Below are positions 27,237 to 32,164 of a DNA stretch of 32,164 bases, one piece after another. The stretch covers positions 1 through 32,164 of the IMG/VR virus record IMGVR_UViG_3300037424_000111. One strand, 5' to 3'. The notes under the pieces are model-generated. The model did no database searches, was not told the origin of the DNA, and was given only the letters and a program-made list of their open reading frames with translations. Every line of letters begins with the position of its first letter. Positions within the stretch are counted from its first letter, which is position 1. Both the position numbers and the translations under genes were made by a program. The DNA is from a virus. Its lineage: Duplodnaviria; Caudoviricetes.

Positions 27237-27578
27237 ATGTTCGTATACAACGGGACAAGGTACATTAACTTAGAGACAGTCTCTTCCGTAAAGGTAGTTT
27301 CTAGTCTTATGAACAAGTGGGCTATCGAAGGTCTCGTAGGACGTAGGGCCTATAGACTTCATCGAGGGTTAGGCTGGGACAAGAAAGAAGACGCTCTTAA
27401 ATATGCTGACAAACTACTTCCTCTTATCGAGGTGCAAGAAGTTCCTACTGAAGTTTCTACGCCGGACACGATAGAAGAACTTACTGGAAATTTTCTAGGA
27501 TCGCGGGACGAAGAAGTTACGACCAAAGTAGGAACGTCGGCAACTTTGACGACAATAGTCTCGCGAGAAAAAGAGTAA
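27237..27578 (+). CDS. Hypothetical protein, YINL-type paralog 1
   Basis: GGGAG SD before ATG 27237; MFVYNGTRYINL. Confidence 0.65.
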   Translation: MFVYNGTRYINLETVSSVKVVSSLMNKWAIEGLVGRRAYRLHRGLGWDKKEDALKYADKLLPLIEVQEVPTEVSTPDTIEELTGNFLGSRDEEVTTKVGTSATLTTIVSREKE

Positions 27579-27683
27579 TCGCGGGAGACAAAGATTTCTC
27601 ACCGTACACAAGTTACACAGACCATGCTCCCTGGATGGGATCTAAAAATCACTACTAGAACCTAACTATGGAGGCAAAATATC

Positions 27684-27926
27684 ATGGCACGTAAAAATAT
27701 GCCTATGTCAGGTTCATGGGTCAAGGTAGATAATTCATGGATTAATCTCAGTCAGGCAACAAAAATTACTGCGAAGCTCTCTGCTAAGGGTGATTTTGAG
27801 GTTATAGTAACTCTAGCGGGAGAAGAATATATAATGTATAAGAGTAGTGATGACCCTACAGACGTGATGACCCGAGAAGAAGCTAATGATTTTGTGTTCA
27901 ATTTATTTATGGGTAGGAACTTCTAG
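27684..27926 (+). CDS. Hypothetical protein, YINL-type paralog 2
   Basis: GGAGG SD; WVKVDNSWINL...TREEA. Confidence 0.65.
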   Translation: MARKNMPMSGSWVKVDNSWINLSQATKITAKLSAKGDFEVIVTLAGEEYIMYKSSDDPTDVMTREEANDFVFNLFMGRNF

Positions 27927-27947
27927 AACTTAACGGCTGGAGACAAG

Positions 27948-28055
27948 ATGAGAATGAACAAGAGACATAGAGTAGGCTTCCTTCTCTTAGGAGTTTTCAT
28001 CGGTCTTGTCATGTTACTAGGTCTAATAACGATTGTGGATTTACTAATCTTATAA
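27948..28055 (+). CDS. 35-aa single-TM peptide (not in the ORF track)
   Basis: GGAG SD; MRMNKRHRVGFLLLGVFIGLVMLLGLITIVDLLIL; ends 4 nt before the tRNA. Confidence 0.5.
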   Translation: MRMNKRHRVGFLLLGVFIGLVMLLGLITIVDLLIL

Positions 28056-28059
28056 TTTT

Positions 28060-28132
28060 GGTGTCGTAGCTCAGTTGGCAGAGCGCTGGTCCGAAAAACC
28101 GGAGGTCAGAGGATCGACTCCTCTCGACACCA
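28060..28132 (+). tRNA. tRNA-Phe(GAA), non-canonical C33 and A54, CCA not encoded
   Basis: Acceptor GGTGTCG/CGACACC, D arm GCTC-AGTTGGCA-GAGC, anticodon arm CTGGT-CCGAAAA-ACCGG, T arm AGAGG-ATCGACT-CCTCT. Confidence 0.85.
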
Positions 28133-28151
28133 CAAGAACTTTGGAGAAAAT

Positions 28152-28403
28152 ATGTTCGTCTATCATCAAGGTTCGTATTATAACCTAGCCTCATTTTTGG
28201 ACATTACAGTTTTGCAAGGAAGAGATACTGATACCTGGTCTGTAGTAGGAAAAAGACAATGCGGGGAGATAAAAGAATATATCCAACTCTCTACCGTATG
28301 CTCAGACGAAGAGGGTGCGAGACAGAAGTTACATAGCATGATGAGCGACGTACTGTCTCCTTCCTCTCTTGAAGAAAACTTTTTCTCAAGTTGCGGGAGA
28401 TAG
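28152..28403 (+). CDS. Hypothetical protein, YINL-type paralog 3
   Basis: GGAG SD; MFVYHQGSYYNL...W.VVG...DEEGA. Confidence 0.65.
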   Translation: MFVYHQGSYYNLASFLDITVLQGRDTDTWSVVGKRQCGEIKEYIQLSTVCSDEEGARQKLHSMMSDVLSPSSLEENFFSSCGR

Positions 28404-28560
28404 AAATCTTCTACCGATACTAAGAGACACATAGTGGTCGAGTACACGGTAACGTTCCTGCACAAACTTCAAGTGACTAAGAGCAGGAAGACCACGAACT
28501 TTAAGATATTTCCTAAACGATCAATAATTAATGGATCATGGAAAGTATAAAATGTATTAC

Positions 28561-28597
28561 CTAGCCAGGTGCTAGAGACGTTTTCCCCAGGAGGGAG
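28561..28597 (+). promoter_or_regulatory. Tandem pentaloop hairpins in the TerS leader
   Basis: CTAGC-CAGGT-GCTAG (28561-28575) and TTCCC-CAGGA-GGGAG (28583-28597, covering the SD). Confidence 0.5.
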
Positions 28598-28603
28598 CAA
28601 GTT

Positions 28604-29251
28604 ATGGACCCCATGAAGCGAAGAGTTATCAAGAGATCCAAGCTTGCTCCGAAACCTGTTCCCAAGAAACCAGAACCACTAGATATTTCGGAACTTCAGC
28701 CGAAGGAAAAAGTCAAGAAACATAGATGGAACCCTTATACTGAAGAAGAAAAAGCAGAGCTAGACAAACAATATATAAAGTTCCATGCCGAGGGATGGAC
28801 AGACGGTAAAATTGCTAGAGAGCTTGATCTTCCTCAGCCGACTGTAAGTGTTCGGATGAGAGAACTTGGCCTACCACCCCAGACATCCAAAGCTGTAAAA
28901 GCTGCACTCGAAGCAAGAAAATTCTCTATGGAAGAGCGTAGGCAGAAGATCGCAGACAGAATTATTGGCCTTCAGGAACGTATGCTTCACCAGATGGAAG
29001 AGGGCTACGACTCAGATAATTATCTCTATGTCGCAAAGGGATACAACAAAGTTATCCAAGAAAATGTGGAACGTATCCCCACCGAAGACGCAAGAGACCT
29101 TACGGTTTCTCTTCGCAACTTCGCCGACATCCTAGAGAAGCACGACAAGGTAAGAAATAACGAGGGTGGATCTTCTGCCGTCGACATCTTCATCAAGGGG
29201 ATAGTTCAGAAGCCAGAAGATATGGAAGAAGAGGAAGATGACGAGGTCTAG
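28604..29251 (+). CDS. Terminase small subunit (HTH-containing)
   Basis: GWTDGKIARELDLPQPTVSVRM HTH plus helical body; immediately upstream of TerL. Confidence 0.75.
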   Translation: MDPMKRRVIKRSKLAPKPVPKKPEPLDISELQPKEKVKKHRWNPYTEEEKAELDKQYIKFHAEGWTDGKIARELDLPQPTVSVRMRELGLPPQTSKAVKAALEARKFSMEERRQKIADRIIGLQERMLHQMEEGYDSDNYLYVAKGYNKVIQENVERIPTEDARDLTVSLRNFADILEKHDKVRNNEGGSSAVDIFIKGIVQKPEDMEEEEDDEV

Positions 29252-29253
29252 TT

Positions 29254-30510
29254 ATGGAGCTAGATACTCTAGTAGGAAAACAAGCCTCAGCCTTTCATTT
29301 AAGTAACAAACGCCTGAACATATACGAGGGGTCGGTCAGGAGTTCCAAGACAGTTACAAGTCTTCTACGCTGGTGCCAGTACATCATGCACGAAGCTCCT
29401 CCCGGTCCACTCATTATGATTGGCAAGACAGAGCGAACTCTCAAGCAGAATATCCTTGACCCGCTAGCAGAAATAATTGGGAAGAAAAACGTCAAGGTCA
29501 ACCGAGGTACTGGGGAAATAATAATCCTTGGTAGGTTGTGCTACGGGGTAGGAGCAAATGACGAACGTGCTGGCGACAAGATACGTGGTATCACCTTAGC
29601 CGGTGCCTACTGTGACGAGATCGGTATCTACCCGGAGTCCTTCGTCTCCCTTCTGGTCTCCCGTATCTCTGTCAAGGACGCCAAGTTATTTGCTACTTGT
29701 AACCCCGAAGGTCCAAACCACTGGTTGCTCGCAGACTACTTGTCGAAGCCAGCACTACATCTGACTGGTGACGGAAGGCTTAAGAAAAAGATTAGCGGAG
29801 AACTCGATCTATTCCGCGCATCCTTCCGTCTAGACGACAACAGGAGCTTGGACCCTGCTTATGTCTCAGCACTTAAGAAAGAACTTACGGGAGTCTGGTA
29901 CAAGAGATTTATTCTTGGAGAGTGGTCGGTAGCCGAAGGTGTCATCTACGACATGTTCGACCCGGACTTACATGTTGTCACCGAGATCCCAAGGATGTCG
30001 AGATGGTTCGTCGGCCTGGACTACGGAACGACCAACCCATTCCACGCAGTCCTAATAGGGCTTGGCGTAGACGAATCTTTATACGTCGTGAGCGAGTGGC
30101 GTTGGGACTCGAAGAAACAAGGCAAGCAAAAAACGGATGCTGCTTACTCCCGTGACTTACGTCGATGGTTGGAAAATCAGAATATAGATCCTGATTACGT
30201 CTGCGTAGACCCTAGTGCTGCTTCCTTCATCCAACAGCTTTATTATGACCATGTTCGTGGGGTCACCAAGGCAGACAACAAAGTAATAGACGGAATTAGA
30301 CTGACAGGTTCTCTATTTTCTCAGAAGAAATTGTTTATCAACGAATCCTGTAAACATCTGATAGACGAACTTCTATCTTATTGTTGGGACACCACGGCGA
30401 GCAATGCTGGCAAAGATCAGCCAGTAAAGTTCAATGACCACGGAGCGGACGCGCTCAGGTACGGGTTAAAAACTACTGAGGCGATCTGGTCCTCGATCGT
30501 CAGAAGTTAG
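29254..30510 (+). CDS. terL: Terminase large subunit (PBSX-type)
   Basis: YEGSVRSSKT Walker A, IRGITLAGAYCDE Walker B, ATCNP, GLDYGTTNP, VDPSAASF, DHGADALRY. Confidence 0.95.
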   Translation: MELDTLVGKQASAFHLSNKRLNIYEGSVRSSKTVTSLLRWCQYIMHEAPPGPLIMIGKTERTLKQNILDPLAEIIGKKNVKVNRGTGEIIILGRLCYGVGANDERAGDKIRGITLAGAYCDEIGIYPESFVSLLVSRISVKDAKLFATCNPEGPNHWLLADYLSKPALHLTGDGRLKKKISGELDLFRASFRLDDNRSLDPAYVSALKKELTGVWYKRFILGEWSVAEGVIYDMFDPDLHVVTEIPRMSRWFVGLDYGTTNPFHAVLIGLGVDESLYVVSEWRWDSKKQGKQKTDAAYSRDLRRWLENQNIDPDYVCVDPSAASFIQQLYYDHVRGVTKADNKVIDGIRLTGSLFSQKKLFINESCKHLIDELLSYCWDTTASNAGKDQPVKFNDHGADALRYGLKTTEAIWSSIVRS

Positions 30511-30518
30511 GAGTTAAC

Positions 30519-31424
30519 ATGCCGATATTCAAGGGCTCTATCACGTTACGACTTCTGGATGCTGACGGGAACCCTTGGAGGAACGGCCTGGTTTCTGTCT
30601 ACGACGTAGGTACGACCGACTTGGCTACACTTCACAGGGAACGTACCGGAACTTTGGCCAGAGCTAATCCAGGGCGTACGGACGACCACGGTTCTTTTAC
30701 GTTCTATGCTACAGCCGGTAGGTACGACATCAGTTACGCTGGATTTTCTTTGGATGATGTACCTGTATTTCCAGACGGGGACGAGACAGCAGACGCAATA
30801 GACGAGGTCGGTGGAGACCTGGTAATTGACTCGTTAGCTCTTACCGGTGCAACGGCAGGTACCGACGTTCTCACTACAGATGTGACTAGTGACGCAGCCA
30901 AGCGTCTAGTTGTAGATGCTGACGGCAAACATATCTGGGGTAATGGTACTGACGCTGGTGACGTAACTCTTTATCGCTCTGGTGTCGCCGAACTAAGATT
31001 GGACGCCAATCTTCTTGTTACTGGATTGGCTGAGTTCGTACAACAGGCTGTCTTCACCGCTGGGTACCAGGCAATTCCTGTAGCAGTTATCGCTACGGCT
31101 GACGGGCTTACGACCGGATTGATTCCGGCAACAGCTCGTTACGTGACAGCAACTAATGCAACTGACGCTAACGACATTATTACTCTTCCGGCTCCTGTAG
31201 TCGGACACAAAATTACAGTATTCGCAGAGGAAGCTGTGGAATGTAGAACTATTGATGGTAGTGCCAGAACCATTAATGGTGTGGACAGTGACGGTACAAA
31301 CGAAGCTGCACTACCGGTAGGCTCTATTACCCATTTTACAGCAGTTAGTGCGACTGCATATATAGCAGAGCATTGGATTTCTGATGGTACGCCAACCAAA
31401 CTTGTTCCTGACTCTGCCGCATAA
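30519..31424 (+). CDS. Putative head/neck fibre-type virion protein between TerL and portal
   Basis: N-terminus LATL.....ANP..TDDHGSFTFYATAGRYDI resembles attachment domains; Thr/Ala/Gly-rich beta body. Confidence 0.55.
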   Translation: MPIFKGSITLRLLDADGNPWRNGLVSVYDVGTTDLATLHRERTGTLARANPGRTDDHGSFTFYATAGRYDISYAGFSLDDVPVFPDGDETADAIDEVGGDLVIDSLALTGATAGTDVLTTDVTSDAAKRLVVDADGKHIWGNGTDAGDVTLYRSGVAELRLDANLLVTGLAEFVQQAVFTAGYQAIPVAVIATADGLTTGLIPATARYVTATNATDANDIITLPAPVVGHKITVFAEEAVECRTIDGSARTINGVDSDGTNEAALPVGSITHFTAVSATAYIAEHWISDGTPTKLVPDSAA

Positions 31425-31456
31425 ATAACCACCCCGCAATGGGAGGAGGAACTATT

Positions 31457-32164
31457 ATGCCACTCCCGGAGGGTGGAATTTGCTGGCCACCGAAGAATAT
31501 CGAGACTGTCTACGATAAAATTTCAATCTGGTCTGCCTGGTACTCAGGAGACGGTGACCAGCTAGCTGATGTCTACGGTGCTGCTACCACTCGTGCTTCT
31601 GGTGGTACAGAGACTTCATTCGACACAGTATCTCGATCAGGTGCCGGAGTCACAAGCAGAGAACGTTATTTTTGGGGGGAGACGGCTCCACAGGGTACTA
31701 AGAGGACCAAGCTTCATGTCCCGATGGCTTCTGACATCTCTATGGCTTCAGCCGACATGTTGTTCTCTGTTCCTCCCGAGTACATCTGTGAAGACCAAAG
31801 AACCCAAGAACGTCTCGATTATCTTCAGGACGTAGGAGACCTAGATACTACTAACTTAGAAGCGGCAGAAGTTGCTTCCGCTTTATGTGGTGTCTTCCTC
31901 AAGATTATGTGGGATCAGTCGATCAGAGATGTTCCGTTCCTTGTAGCTGTTCATCCTGACTCGGCGGTACCAGAATTTAAATACGGTGTTCTTACCGCTG
32001 TCACCTTCTGGTACAAGGTCTGTGAAGACGACGGGAAGTTCTACAGGTTCCTAGAACGTCATGAGCCCGGAGTCGTCTATCATGGTCTTTATTGCGGGAC
32101 CACAGACAAACTCGGTAAGAGGGTGGCACTCACTACCTTCCCGCAATACGCAGAACTTCCTGAC
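31457..32164 (+). CDS. Portal protein, 5' part (continues across the circular junction)
   Basis: GGAGGAGG SD; MPLPEGGICWPP...WSAWYSGD...KLHVPMASDI...LF; no stop codon to the window end. Confidence 0.9.
   Translation, partial: MPLPEGGICWPPKNIETVYDKISIWSAWYSGDGDQLADVYGAATTRASGGTETSFDTVSRSGAGVTSRERYFWGETAPQGTKRTKLHVPMASDISMASADMLFSVPPEYICEDQRTQERLDYLQDVGDLDTTNLEAAEVASALCGVFLKIMWDQSIRDVPFLVAVHPDSAVPEFKYGVLTAVTFWYKVCEDDGKFYRFLERHEPGVVYHGLYCGTTDKLGKRVALTTFPQYAELPD
32038..32164. repeat. Terminal direct repeat copy 2 (assembly overlap)
   Basis: Identical to 1-127. Confidence 0.95.

Noticed and set aside
28051-28056. TATAAT just upstream of the tRNA as its promoter
   Set aside because: Too close: transcription would start inside the tRNA. 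It also coincides with the stop of the upstream peptide ORF.
28434-28550. 38-codon GTG ORF before the TerS leader
   Set aside because: Weak SD and no recognisable features; cannot be supported.
29320-29352. TerL Walker A reads GSVRSSKT rather than GxxxxGKT
   Set aside because: Terminase P-loops are known to be deviant and all other motifs are intact.
31569-31835. 88-aa ORF from the track
   Set aside because: An alternate frame inside the portal gene.
32038-32164. 127-bp terminal repeat as a biological terminal repeat
   Set aside because: The length matches a common assembler k-mer and it falls mid-portal gene; best explained as a circularisation overlap.
1-32164. Stop-codon reassignment suggested by frequent CTAG/TAG
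   Set aside because: Genes are intact under the standard code, TAG stops fall at sensible boundaries, and there is no suppressor tRNA.

Overview
The window looks like a complete, circularly assembled genome of a small tailed (siphovirus-like) phage. Unique length is about 32,037 bp: bases 1-127 recur exactly at 32038-32164, and the portal gene reads through the junction. The host is probably an actinobacterium, inferred from protein style and a leaderless TTGACT/TAGGCT promoter. Plus-strand virion module: TerS, TerL, an extra fibre-like gene, portal, scaffold, major capsid, small decoration-like proteins, head-tail connectors, tail tube, frameshifted tail chaperone, tape measure, hub, minor tail and a 1471-aa Gly-X-Thr collagen/beta-helix fibre. 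A minus-strand early block carries small ORFs, a lipoprotein, an AAA_25/RepA-like helicase and an RHH protein. A second plus-strand block carries regulators, a GT4 glycosyltransferase with a SAM methyltransferase, a holin-like gene, three paralog-like small ORFs and a tRNA-Phe. I could not recognise an integrase, HTH repressor, DNA polymerase, primase or endolysin. Most notable signals: (1) two inverted ~100-bp TGTSACA arrays sharing a perfect 29-bp inverted core, bracketing a very AT-rich stretch inside the helicase gene (origin-like or invertible); (2) recurring C(A/T)GG(A/T)-pentaloop hairpins in the leaders of several late genes; (3) a possible system that glycosylates and methylates the Thr-rich collagen fibre; (4) apparent lack of an endolysin. 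All calls come from reading the sequence by eye; no searches were run.
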